DNA of 64,000 nt. It comes from an uncultured Candidatus Saccharibacteria bacterium. GTDB taxonomy: Bacteria > Patescibacteriota > Minisyncoccia > Phycocordibacterales > Zambryskibacteraceae. Location of the stretch: positions 513-64,512 of the forward strand of contig CAYHLZ010000002.1 of the NCBI GenBank assembly GCA_964357635.1. Reading direction: 5' to 3'. The notes under the pieces are model-generated. The model saw nothing but the letters and a program-made list of their open reading frames with translations, did no database searches and was not told where the DNA came from. This document shows positions 26,834 through 36,362 of the stretch, in pieces (position 1 is the first letter of the stretch; each line of letters opens with the position of its first letter). The translations under genes were made by a program, and so were the position numbers.

Positions 26834-28273
26834 TTATCTTTGAACAGTGACATATTGTGTGGTCGCACCATTTCCGTTAGAACAAGTGAGAATGAAGGTC
26901 ATTATAGGGTCTGTTACTCGCACGGACTCTCCTCCACTAAGAGCCTTAGGACCACTCCAACCCCCAGAGGCTGTGCAGGAAGTAGCGTTGGTAGCTGTCC
27001 AGTCAAGCGAAGCGATGGTAAAGAACGGAAGTTCCAGACGCTCAGCACTAAAGGTAACTACAGGGAGCGCTCCTCCGCCCCCACCTCCGAAACCTCCTCC
27101 AGGGACGGCGACATTAACGGAACGAGAAGTCGGTCCATAAGTATTTGTGCATGTAATAGAATATGTCTGACTTGCCGTTAAACTTGGAGTTAACTCTGTT
27201 CCACTTAGTGCTCTGGGACCACTCCAGCCACCGGATGCGACACAGTAGCTGGCATTGGTGGAAGACCAGGTTATGGTTGCTGTGCCGTTAAGTGCCACTG
27301 TGGTTGGGAAAGCATTGAGAGTCACCGTGGGTGCCAGAGGGTTGCTACCCACTGGTGGTGGAACACCCCCACCTCCACCTCCACCTCCACCTCCACCCCC
27401 ACCACTTAAGAGTCCTTGGGCACCAAAGACAAATCTTTGCAGGAGTTGACCGATGAGCGCGCTCACAAGCTCGTCAAACTCGTCTGCCAACTCAAGCTGT
27501 CTCACGCCAGTTCCTAAAACATTTTCAAGTTGTTTCTCAATTACTACACCAGGTGTTTGGGCATCACCCCAATCTAGACATGTGTTTGTGCCGTCAGTAC
27601 TTCGCCTTTCACACGGAGCGAATGTTAAGAAACCACTGCTCCAACTAAGTTGTTCTTTCTGAAGACCCAAGGCCTCTCTAAGTCGGGAGTTAAGTTCAAT
27701 CCGAGCTTCAACATACGACCCATACGGGTTATTGGCCCTGTTTTGTGTCATGGAAAACCATCCGTCCCATCCTCCTTGGTCAAAATCATCGTAGAAACCT
27801 TCAATATTTCCAACTACGTCAGACAAAGTACATTGAAATTGATAGTCTGACGAACCGATTCCTCCGCTGTTATAGGAATTCCTAAGAGATAATCTAATTT
27901 GAGTTTGAAAAGGTGAGCAAAGAAAGTTAAGATCAGTACCGTCGATAAACTCTCCAGCAAGCCCATCAGCAAGGTTGGTGAAAAACTGTTCCGGATTTCT
28001 TACAAAGGCGGGGCTCCCTTCAAAACCTTCATTTATCCACTCAATAGTGGAGTTCAAAATGCTTTCTATCAGGGTTCTGGCAAGAGTTATCGCGACAAGG
28101 TCAAGAGTTAGTCCGGGGACAAAGTATCCGAACGCGGTTATGCCCACCTCTTTTACAGTATTTGCTTGGTCCACAGTGGGGATTCCATATTGCGCCCCGG
28201 TCTTAGTTGGTAGGATAGGAACAAAGAGTATTACGATTAGCAGGAGGGCCAAAATGCGATTTTTATAATTCAT
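26834..28273 (-). CDS. Secreted protein with poly-Gly linkers and two Ig-like repeats (shared with the protein at 50063)
   Basis: Signal peptide; 'GGGGGGGGGGGGG' tract; repeats 'TNASYCVASGGWSGPRALSG' and 'TNATSCTASGGWSGPKALSG'. Confidence 0.55.
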   Translation of the reverse strand: MNYKNRILALLLIVILFVPILPTKTGAQYGIPTVDQANTVKEVGITAFGYFVPGLTLDLVAITLARTLIESILNSTIEWINEGFEGSPAFVRNPEQFFTNLADGLAGEFIDGTDLNFLCSPFQTQIRLSLRNSYNSGGIGSSDYQFQCTLSDVVGNIEGFYDDFDQGGWDGWFSMTQNRANNPYGSYVEARIELNSRLREALGLQKEQLSWSSGFLTFAPCERRSTDGTNTCLDWGDAQTPGVVIEKQLENVLGTGVRQLELADEFDELVSALIGQLLQRFVFGAQGLLSGGGGGGGGGGGGGVPPPVGSNPLAPTVTLNAFPTTVALNGTATITWSSTNASYCVASGGWSGPRALSGTELTPSLTASQTYSITCTNTYGPTSRSVNVAVPGGGFGGGGGGALPVVTFSAERLELPFFTIASLDWTATNATSCTASGGWSGPKALSGGESVRVTDPIMTFILTCSNGNGATTQYVTVQR

Positions 28274-29064
28274 ATATTACTGTTAAACATTATACCATTC
28301 GTGATAAGCACACTCTGAATATTTGTGAGAATATCTGATTCTAACTTAGTATTTTTCGCATAGTGATTCAGAGCGGCGTATGCTTTCGCTGGGTTTTTGG
28401 AACTGTCACTAACTAGTTTCAACGCCTCGGCATTTTCTAAGTAGTTATTTATAAGATCAAGATGATAAGAAGATAGAGAAACCGGCACTCCCACCAAGAG
28501 AAGCTCACTTGCCGCTGCCTGGAAGAACTTAGAAGTGGCTGACATGAATGAAGAGAAAGCAGGACTCGAAATATCTGAAAAATCGCGACCAGAAGCTTGG
28601 GCTGCCACCAAATTTTTATACTTACTGCGGATTGCCGTTAAACTTGCGCCATATGCCGCCATATTTTCTTCGTTATCGGGTACTACTATAACTTGATTTA
28701 AAAGGACTTTTGGTGCGGACAACTTAAAGCTTAGGATATCTTCGGCGTATTTATCGGCAAGGTTTAAGATATTTTCTCCAGAGATCTGACCCTGGGACTT
28801 AAGTGACATGTAGTCGGTAAAAATTTGCCTGCTTAAGAGTTCTTCTTGTGAAAGAGTAGTGGTGGAAAAAGCTCTCGTGGGTGTCGTAGAAGAACTTAAA
28901 AAGTCTTTCAAAAAGGCGTCGTCGGATGCAAACTCTAGAGGAGCTTGAACAGAGACCAAGGTAGCGGAATAAGGAGGAATTTTTATAAATCTAAACCACA
29001 GTGCCCCACCGATAAGAGCAAGAGACAAGAAAAGGGCGCCGATAAGACGAATTGACGGCATCAT
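28270..29064 (-). CDS. Membrane-anchored hypothetical protein (possible VirB8-like bitopic component); first gene of the operon
   Basis: N-terminal TM 'LIGALFLSLALIGGALWF', about 230-aa periplasmic-type domain; no motif recognised. Confidence 0.4.
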   Translation of the reverse strand: MMPSIRLIGALFLSLALIGGALWFRFIKIPPYSATLVSVQAPLEFASDDAFLKDFLSSSTTPTRAFSTTTLSQEELLSRQIFTDYMSLKSQGQISGENILNLADKYAEDILSFKLSAPKVLLNQVIVVPDNEENMAAYGASLTAIRSKYKNLVAAQASGRDFSDISSPAFSSFMSATSKFFQAAASELLLVGVPVSLSSYHLDLINNYLENAEALKLVSDSSKNPAKAYAALNHYAKNTKLESDILTNIQSVLITNGIMFNSNI

Positions 29065-29120
29065 ATTCTAGTATATCAGAGAATATTTCGCTAATTTGTG
29101 CATAAGTGTATAATTAATCC

Positions 29121-30104
29121 ATGCGAAGCCTCCTTATTCTTACCACCTTCTCCTTAGTGCTTGCTCTCGGCTTGTTTAGTTCTACGACAAAGGCAGAAAT
29201 CTTCACCTCAAACCTCACTGTAGGAAGTAGAGGTGTTGAGGTTTCGGCACTTCAGCAAATTCTTGTATCTGAAGGATATTTGGTTATGCCGACAGGCGTT
29301 TCTTATGGCTACTTTGGACCACTTACAAAATCAGCGGTAGCAATGTGGCAGTCAGCCAATGGAGTCTTGCCCACCTTGGGCTACTTTGGTCCAATTTCCC
29401 GAGCAACCTTATCAGCAAAAACATCTGTCAAGAATCCCGAACCTCCGACTCAGCCGACCATGCCCGTAGAACCGCCGTCAACGCCAGTTTCGGATTTGTC
29501 TTCCGGCATTTCGGCAAATTCGGACACACCGTTTGCTTTGGGCATGAGAGCAAATCGCATCCTATTTTTCCGAGCATCACCACTGGAAGTAAAACCCGGG
29601 GATATAGTTACTCTTGATGGTTCTGGATTTAGTAAAACTTCAAACAAAGTTTATTTTAGTGGTGGCAATGCAGTCGTAGCCACTTCTACCAATGGTACGG
29701 TTATGAATGTTGTTGTACCTCCAGGTCTCTCAAACGGAGAACACGAGCTTACTGTAGAAAATGTTTTGGGTTCTTCCGCCAATCCAGATTTAAAAATTAT
29801 AATTAGAGTAACAGACAACCCACAGCCACCACCACAAATCACAAGCGCATCAATCTCCGGCGATACAGTCACTCTTATCGGTACTGGGTTTACTTCTTCC
29901 AACAATCTTTCCACCACCTTTGGCGACAACCCAAGCTCAATTTTGTCAAACGGGACTACTCTAACTTTTCGCATCACCGATCTTTCTATGTATGAGAAGA
30001 TTAAACAATTTACCCAAGGCAAGTATCAAACTAGTCTTTGGATTTACATCTACAATGAACACGGTGCTAGTAGAGAGCCTTATCAATTGAACGTAAATAT
30101 ATGA
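29121..30104 (+). CDS. Secreted protein with a peptidoglycan-binding domain (PG_binding_1-like) and IPT/TIG-like repeats
   Basis: Signal peptide; 'GSRGVEVSALQQILVSEGYL...GYFGPLTKSAVAMWQSANGV' is PGBD-like; two 'G..VTL.G.GF' beta-sandwich repeats. Confidence 0.55.
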   Translation: MRSLLILTTFSLVLALGLFSSTTKAEIFTSNLTVGSRGVEVSALQQILVSEGYLVMPTGVSYGYFGPLTKSAVAMWQSANGVLPTLGYFGPISRATLSAKTSVKNPEPPTQPTMPVEPPSTPVSDLSSGISANSDTPFALGMRANRILFFRASPLEVKPGDIVTLDGSGFSKTSNKVYFSGGNAVVATSTNGTVMNVVVPPGLSNGEHELTVENVLGSSANPDLKIIIRVTDNPQPPPQITSASISGDTVTLIGTGFTSSNNLSTTFGDNPSSILSNGTTLTFRITDLSMYEKIKQFTQGKYQTSLWIYIYNEHGASREPYQLNVNI

Positions 30105-30511
30105 CTAAGAAAAAATTTCTTGCCCTCATTGTTGCCCAAACTTTTTTCTGGCTTTTCGCACCACTGACGCCAGTTAGAGCGCAAGTATCACCCGTGCCAG
30201 GTTTTGGTGGACTTATGAATTTTGATATTGCTTGCACCTGTCCTGCTAACATCGGTAATCTCTGGGTTTGGCATACACCCCTCTTTCTAACAGTAAGTCC
30301 CAGTCCGCTTACGGGTCCTCTGGCGTGGTCACCCTTTTACACAATTCATTACCCCATGTTTTCTTTTGGTGTGCCCGGAGCATATGATTTGGGCGCTTAT
30401 CTTCCCGGAGTTCAGGCTTGTTGGATGTTGATACCCACCATACCACCATCTTGCCTTCCGTTGATAAACGCAGGGCTAATGACCCAAGATGGCACTAGTT
30501 TAAGTATTTAA
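30101..30511 (+). CDS. Secreted Cys-containing hypothetical protein
   Basis: Signal peptide MTKKKFLALIVAQTFFWLFAPLTPVRAQ; overlaps the upstream stop. Confidence 0.4.
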   Translation: MTKKKFLALIVAQTFFWLFAPLTPVRAQVSPVPGFGGLMNFDIACTCPANIGNLWVWHTPLFLTVSPSPLTGPLAWSPFYTIHYPMFSFGVPGAYDLGAYLPGVQACWMLIPTIPPSCLPLINAGLMTQDGTSLSI

Positions 30512-31282
30512 AAGCGCTGCAGAGATTTTTTTCCAATTTTCAAGAGAAACATCTTCGGCGCGTATGTTTTCATCAAGTCCGAGTGTATTGAATGTCTCTA
30601 GAATTTTTTCTTTTTTAAACAAAGTTGAAAGATTTGAAGAAAGTTTTTTGCGCTTAGACTTAAACCCGGCGTGAAGCATTTCAAAAAAGTCTTTTTCGGA
30701 GAAGTTGTCAAAAAACTTTTTAGAAATATCTTCTATGGCGATAATAGCCGAGTCTACTTTGGGCACAGGCGAAAAAGAGCCCGCCAAAACTTTCTCCACA
30801 AACCTCGGCTCTCCATAAGCTTTAACTGAAACAGAGAGAATGCTTTCCTTCCCGTTTCTTGCCACAATCCTCTCCGCCACTTCTTTTTGTACCAAAAGTA
30901 CCATTAGACTCGGCTGAAATTCGCTCTCAAGAAATTTTTTGAAAATAAGACCTGTAATGTTGTAAGGTATATTTGCTATCAGCTTATAACCCTTTTCTAA
31001 ATTAGAGAGATTAAACTCCAAAATATCCTCATTAATTATTTCAAACTTGCCATTTTCTATTTCTTTTTTATAAATTTCTTTCAAGAATAAAGAAAGTTCA
31101 TCGTCTTTCTCTACCGCCACTACTGTCGCACCAGTTTGTAGAAGTTTTCCCGTCAAAGCCCCTGTGCCTGGACCAATTTCAAGAATACAATCTGTGGACT
31201 CTATTTTTCCCGCTTCAACAATAGACTTCAAGGCCTTTTCTGATTTTAAGAAATGCTGACCCAGTGATTTTTTTGTTTTCAT
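30500..31282 (-). CDS. rsmA: 16S rRNA (adenine1518/1519-N6)-dimethyltransferase RsmA/KsgA
   Basis: 'GQHFLKSEKALKSIVEAG', SAM motif 'LEIGPGTGALT', 'NIPYNIT'. Confidence 0.85.
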   Translation of the reverse strand: MKTKKSLGQHFLKSEKALKSIVEAGKIESTDCILEIGPGTGALTGKLLQTGATVVAVEKDDELSLFLKEIYKKEIENGKFEIINEDILEFNLSNLEKGYKLIANIPYNITGLIFKKFLESEFQPSLMVLLVQKEVAERIVARNGKESILSVSVKAYGEPRFVEKVLAGSFSPVPKVDSAIIAIEDISKKFFDNFSEKDFFEMLHAGFKSKRKKLSSNLSTLFKKEKILETFNTLGLDENIRAEDVSLENWKKISAALLNT

Positions 31283-31284
31283 AT

Positions 31285-33270
31285 TTAAAATTCTATCTCA
31301 AGTAAGGGCTTTCTTCGGAAATTTGTCTCATCAAAAACTTCTTGTTCCATGAGATTTTCTGGTATATCAAAAATAAATTCAGAAGGCAGGTTTGTCTGTC
31401 TCCTACCAAACATGTTACGAGTTTCAGTATATGTTAGAAACACTTTTTTTCTTGCACGGGTGATGGCAACATAGAAAAGTCGTCTCTCTTCCTCTCTTTC
31501 TTCGGCAGTAATGTTGTCATTTATTTTCTGGTGAGGAAAAAGTCCATCTTCAAGCCCAGAAATGAAAACAAAATCAAACTCAAGACCCTTGGCGGAGTGT
31601 ACGGTCATAAGTCGTACAGAATTTTCTTCATCATTTAATTCATCTTGGTCACTCTGTAAACTTGCGTCTGTGAGGAAATTTAAAATACCCTCTTCTGGTG
31701 ACAAGGCATCGTACCTAGAAGCAAAATTGGCAAGCTCGAATGCGTTTTCAAGTCTAGCCAAACCATCTTCTCCACCCTCTTTCCACTCTTTTTCAAGTCC
31801 GGTTTGGTTGATGATGAAAGAAATTGTTTCGCTTGGTTTGTTCTCTTTCAAGAACCTTTCAATTTCCACAAGAAGGTTTCTAAAATTTTTAAGCTTCGTC
31901 TTCATTGCCGGCGGGAGAGCTTCTTCGTCGCCCATAACTATTTTTAGAGCAGTGGTTTTACCTATCCCGCGTGTGGGTGTATTAAGGATGCGTTTAAGAT
32001 CCGAGACACTGTCCGAGTTTAGTGCGGCTCGTATGTAAGAGATAATATCTTTAACTTCTTTGCGTTCAAAAAATCGTGTTCCTAGGAGCCTATATGGGAC
32101 ATTACGATTCATAAACGCTTCCTCAAGGGCTCGGGACTGAAAATTGGCTCTATAGAGCACCGAAATCTCTTTCGGAGGCACACCCTTTTTTATAAGACCT
32201 TCTGCTTTTGAGGCGATAAACTCCGCCTCGCTTACCTCGTCAAAACCACCGAAGACTCCAATCTTTTCGCCAAGAGCATTCTCGGTAAAAAGATTTTTCT
32301 CGCGTCTGATTTTATTTTTTTCTATCACTCTATTGGCAGCTTCAAGAATAGTTTTGGTAGAACGATAGTTTTCCTCTAAGATTATAACTTGCGCGTTGGG
32401 ATAATCTTTCTCAAAGTCAATAATATTTTTTATATCTGCCCCGCGCCACGAATAAATATTTTGGTCTATATCTCCCACCACACAAATGTTTTTATTTTTC
32501 CCCACCAACATTCGCGCGATTTCAAACTGGACGCGATTGGTGTCTTGGTATTCATCTATGTGAATATATTTCCAAACATTTTGGTAATATTCTCGCACGG
32601 ACACATCGTTACTTAACAAGTTCATCGTTTTTAAAAGCAAGTCATCAAAGTCAAGTGCATTGTCTCTTGCAAGTATTTTCTCGTATTCTGGCCAAACACT
32701 GTTTAAAACTTCTCGGAAGTAACCGTATTCTTTTTTTTCACCTACTTCTAGAACGTTTTTACCACCACCTTTTTCTTTAGATATGAGAGATAGGATGCGT
32801 CCAGGGTCATGAGTTTTTGGATCTAGGCCAAGAGTTAAGAGCGCTTCTTTAACCGCCTTTTTGCTATCATCTCGGTCAAAGATGGCGAAATGTTTTTTTA
32901 TACCAACCTTATCCGCATGTTCTCGCAAAATATGAACTCCAAGAGAATGAAAGGTGCTAACAAAAGGTCGCTCGCTTGTACCAACAGGTCTATTGAGTAT
33001 CAAACTTTCCTTGAGACCCGTCTCTATTCTCTCGCGCATCTCTTGCGCTGCCTTATTGGTAAAAGTTATAGCAAGAATCGCAGAGGCTTCCGTACCCATT
33101 TCAACAAGATGACGAATTCTCTCTGCAATAGTCTTGGTCTTGCCCGCCCCAGCGCCAGCCAAGACTAAGACGGGTCCTTCTGTGGAGACCACCGCCTTTT
33201 TTTGTTGAGAATTCAAGTTTGGAGAGTATTTTTGAGACATTTCAGACACTATAGCATATGTGGAGAGCAT
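31285..33270 (-). CDS. pcrA: UvrD/PcrA-type ATP-dependent DNA helicase
   Basis: Walker A 'GAGAGKTKTI', 'VDEYQDTN' motif II, 'VMTVHSAKGLEFD' and 'LFYVAITRA' helicase motifs. Confidence 0.85.
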   Translation of the reverse strand: MLSTYAIVSEMSQKYSPNLNSQQKKAVVSTEGPVLVLAGAGAGKTKTIAERIRHLVEMGTEASAILAITFTNKAAQEMRERIETGLKESLILNRPVGTSERPFVSTFHSLGVHILREHADKVGIKKHFAIFDRDDSKKAVKEALLTLGLDPKTHDPGRILSLISKEKGGGKNVLEVGEKKEYGYFREVLNSVWPEYEKILARDNALDFDDLLLKTMNLLSNDVSVREYYQNVWKYIHIDEYQDTNRVQFEIARMLVGKNKNICVVGDIDQNIYSWRGADIKNIIDFEKDYPNAQVIILEENYRSTKTILEAANRVIEKNKIRREKNLFTENALGEKIGVFGGFDEVSEAEFIASKAEGLIKKGVPPKEISVLYRANFQSRALEEAFMNRNVPYRLLGTRFFERKEVKDIISYIRAALNSDSVSDLKRILNTPTRGIGKTTALKIVMGDEEALPPAMKTKLKNFRNLLVEIERFLKENKPSETISFIINQTGLEKEWKEGGEDGLARLENAFELANFASRYDALSPEEGILNFLTDASLQSDQDELNDEENSVRLMTVHSAKGLEFDFVFISGLEDGLFPHQKINDNITAEEREEERRLFYVAITRARKKVFLTYTETRNMFGRRQTNLPSEFIFDIPENLMEQEVFDETNFRRKPLLEIEF

Positions 33271-33459
33271 GGTTGACTGGTGTCTCTTTGGGGGAGTAGA
33301 ATGGAGTAACAGGACGAAAGTACGCCGTAATATGGCTCAACAGAGCCATTTCTGATTGACAGACAGAGCCATGAGCAGTTTAACCACCCTATATTAGTAA
33401 AAGAAAGATAGTATTTAATAAGAAGAATTTTCAGGCGCTTCTGGTAGTTGCGCTTTTTA

Positions 33460-34400
33460 TCTTGGCGCCCCTCTCTATGAGGGCCTATATCCCAGGGCAG
33501 GCTGGCAAACTTGTTCGTATGCCTGAAGTAGTCGGGTCAGGTAACTCTCAAACCATGACTCTTCTGGAAGGCTATTTAAACATTAATCCTACTGGTACCG
33601 GTGGAGCAGAGATTGCCATAGTTGATCGCATGGCACTTGAATCAAGTGGTGGCGGGAGTGAGGTGTTTGTTGACCTCGGTAAATCTGGCACAGGACAAAT
33701 ATCCGTCTATGTTGTGCGTAAGGGTGATACTCTAAGCGAGATTGCAGAAATGTTTGGCGTCTCCACCAATACGATTCTCTGGGCCAACAACATTAAGGCC
33801 AATTCTATTAAAGAAGGACAAGAACTTGTCATCCTACCCATCTCTGGTGTGCGTCACGTTGTAAAGAGTGGTGATACCCTCAAGTCTCTTGCCACAAAAT
33901 ATAAAGCGGATCTTGGAGACATCCTTTCATACAACGGACTTTCAACCGATAGCAAAATAAAAGCAGGAGACATTGTAATTATTCCTGATGGTGTTATTAG
34001 TCAAACCCAAGGTTCCATAGCCAAACCGTCTGGTGGGACAAACTATCCAACCTACGCTGGTTATTATATGAGACCAATAGTTGGTGGCATGAAGAGTCAA
34101 GGAATTCACGGCAACAACGGTGTTGACTTGGCTGCCTCTGTTGGCACACCAGTTCTTGCTGCAGCAGATGGAAAAGTTATCGTCTCGCGCACAGGAGGAT
34201 ATAACGGTGGCTATGGTACCTACGTGGTCATTAGTCACTCAAACGGCACACAAACTCTCTATGCTCACATGAATGCAAACAGAGTTTCAGTTGGCGAACA
34301 AGTTAGCCAAGGACAAAACATTGGTTCGGTTGGTAAAACTGGCCGAGTCACGGGCGCACACCTCCACTTTGAAATCCGTGGTGCCAAAAATCCTTTCTAG
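33460..34400 (+). CDS. LysM-domain M23 metallopeptidase (peptidoglycan hydrolase)
   Basis: Two LysM repeats (YVVRKGDTLSEIA..., HVVKSGDTLKSLA...); M23 motifs 'HGNNGVDLAA' and 'GAHLHFEIR'; start codon ambiguous. Confidence 0.8.
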
Positions 34401-34452
34401 TTAAACATCAAACTTTTTTGGGCTAAAACCTACGGTTCGCCCGAAAATTCTA

Positions 34453-35982
34453 TTACACGTCGAATTTTTTAGGGCGATACTCAATTGCTTCTAAGATGTG
34501 ATTGTTGGTAATCTCTGGGGCACCTTCAAGATCAGCGATAGTTCGCGCCACTTTTATCATCCGGTGATAGACACGAGGAGAAAATCCGAGTCGCTCTGCA
34601 GCCAAGTCAAGAGTTTTTCTTGACTCTTTATCCAGGGCGACAAGAGAAACCATATCTCTGGCGCTCATTTCTGAGTTTCTTAATATTTTCTTACCTTTTT
34701 TACTGAAACGTTCTCTTTGTGCCTCTCGCGCTTTCTCCACTTTTGTTCTGAAAAACTCACTTTTCTCGCCTTCAGAGACGCCAGAGAGTTCAGACGGCAA
34801 AACCCTGTCTACCTCAAGCCAAATATCTATGCGGTCCATGATAGGACCCGACATTTTTCTTCTATATCTTGAAAGGGCGGAGGGTGTGCAGACACAAGGT
34901 TTGCCTCGGAAGCCAAAATTTCCGCAAGGGCATGGGTTCATCGCAGCCACAAGCGAGACATTTGCCGGAAACTGCGCCGTACCCTTGGCACGCGAGATAG
35001 ATATCACCTTGTCTTCTAGGGGCTGCCTCAAACTTTCTATAACCCTCCTTTCAAATTCTGGAAACTCATCCATAAAAAGTACTCCACAGTGAGCCAGAGT
35101 AATCTCTCCTGGTCTTGGTGTTGTTCCTCCTCCGACAAGTGAGACGTAAGAAGCAGTGTGATGCGGTGCGCGAAATGGCGGGTTAGTAATAAAGGTCTCT
35201 GAAAGAATGCCCGCAACAGAATGAATGCTCGTTGCCTCAAGCCCTTCTTCAAAAGTAAGTTCTGGTAAGATGCCAGCAAAAGCTTTGGCAAGCATGGTTT
35301 TACCTGTGCCTGGTGGACCATACATTGCGCAATTGTGTCCTCCGGCTGCCGCGATGAGAAGTCCGCGTTTGGCTCTCTCCTGGCCTCTAATATCTGAAAA
35401 ATCTATGCTCGCGATTGATTTTATTTTATCTACAACAGTTAACTCTGCTTGCGGGAGTTTAGTAGTACCAGAAAGATGTTTGATTAAATCTTCAAGTGAG
35501 GAGACTCCAAAAATACTTACGCCATCAATAATGGCTGCTTCACGAACGTTATCCGTCGGCACATAAAGTTCTTTGAAATCATTTTGCTTTGCAAATCTGG
35601 CAATTGGTAAAACTCCGGGTACTTTACGAACCTTACCATCCAGAGACAATTCGCCCAAGAATAACTTTTTCTCTGGGTCAAAAGAAATATCTTTATTAGC
35701 GACAAGATATGAGAGAGCAATTGCTACGTCAAACGAAGTTCCTTCTTTCCTCTGATCTGCTGGAGCGAGTGAAATAACAACCTTATGATTCTTTGATTTT
35801 GGAGAATCTAGACCGGAGTTTTTAATAGCTGCCGAGACGCGGTCACGTGCTTCTTCTACTGCTTTGTCTGGGAGACCAACGATAGTGAAAGCATTAAGAC
35901 CACGAGAAATATCGGTTTCTACGGAAACAGGAATTACAGATAAAAGATTTGTTTGTGCGCTGTAGACCCTTGAGAAACTCAT
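34453..35982 (-). CDS. comM: YifB/ComM-family Mg-chelatase-like AAA+ protein
   Basis: N-terminal Lon-like domain, Walker A 'GPPGTGKTMLA', C-terminal ChlI-type region. Confidence 0.85.
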   Translation of the reverse strand: MSFSRVYSAQTNLLSVIPVSVETDISRGLNAFTIVGLPDKAVEEARDRVSAAIKNSGLDSPKSKNHKVVISLAPADQRKEGTSFDVAIALSYLVANKDISFDPEKKLFLGELSLDGKVRKVPGVLPIARFAKQNDFKELYVPTDNVREAAIIDGVSIFGVSSLEDLIKHLSGTTKLPQAELTVVDKIKSIASIDFSDIRGQERAKRGLLIAAAGGHNCAMYGPPGTGKTMLAKAFAGILPELTFEEGLEATSIHSVAGILSETFITNPPFRAPHHTASYVSLVGGGTTPRPGEITLAHCGVLFMDEFPEFERRVIESLRQPLEDKVISISRAKGTAQFPANVSLVAAMNPCPCGNFGFRGKPCVCTPSALSRYRRKMSGPIMDRIDIWLEVDRVLPSELSGVSEGEKSEFFRTKVEKAREAQRERFSKKGKKILRNSEMSARDMVSLVALDKESRKTLDLAAERLGFSPRVYHRMIKVARTIADLEGAPEITNNHILEAIEYRPKKFDV

Positions 35983-36338
35983 TTCATATGTTTACGACAC
36001 CCCCTAGCAGACGGATTTGCTTCAAGTCTTTTTTCATCTATTTCTTCGCCACAAGTTTCGCACAAACCATATTTGCCGTTCTTAATCTTGTCTAAAGCGA
36101 CTCGAAGGTCTTGGTAGCGGGTCTCTAGAGTATTAACGATTGCCAGGTTTTCCTCATATTCTTCAATGCTGTCAGCCATCGTGTTTTCATCAGCTTGAGA
36201 ACTATCTTTATCAGTCGGAGTAGCCTCCCAATCAGAAAGATTATCGGGATTTCGTCTGCCAACTTTTGCCAACTCTTCTCTCAAGAGTTCCTTTTCTCCT
36301 TCCAGCTTCTTTTTAAAGTATTCAGTGTCTATTGCCAT
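35979..36338 (-). CDS. DksA/TraR-family C4 zinc-finger protein
   Basis: C-terminal 'CETCGEEIDEKRLEANPSARGCRKH' (CxxC-x17-CxxH-like); coiled-coil N-terminus. Confidence 0.7.
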   Translation of the reverse strand: MAIDTEYFKKKLEGEKELLREELAKVGRRNPDNLSDWEATPTDKDSSQADENTMADSIEEYEENLAIVNTLETRYQDLRVALDKIKNGKYGLCETCGEEIDEKRLEANPSARGCRKHMK

Positions 36339-36362
36339 GCCACCATCTTAGCAGACCGAGCT

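Noticed and set aside
27255-27449. Plus-strand ORF encoding a poly-Pro stretch
   Set aside because: It is the antisense reading of the GGN-repeat poly-Gly tract in the minus-strand secreted protein gene, not an independent gene.
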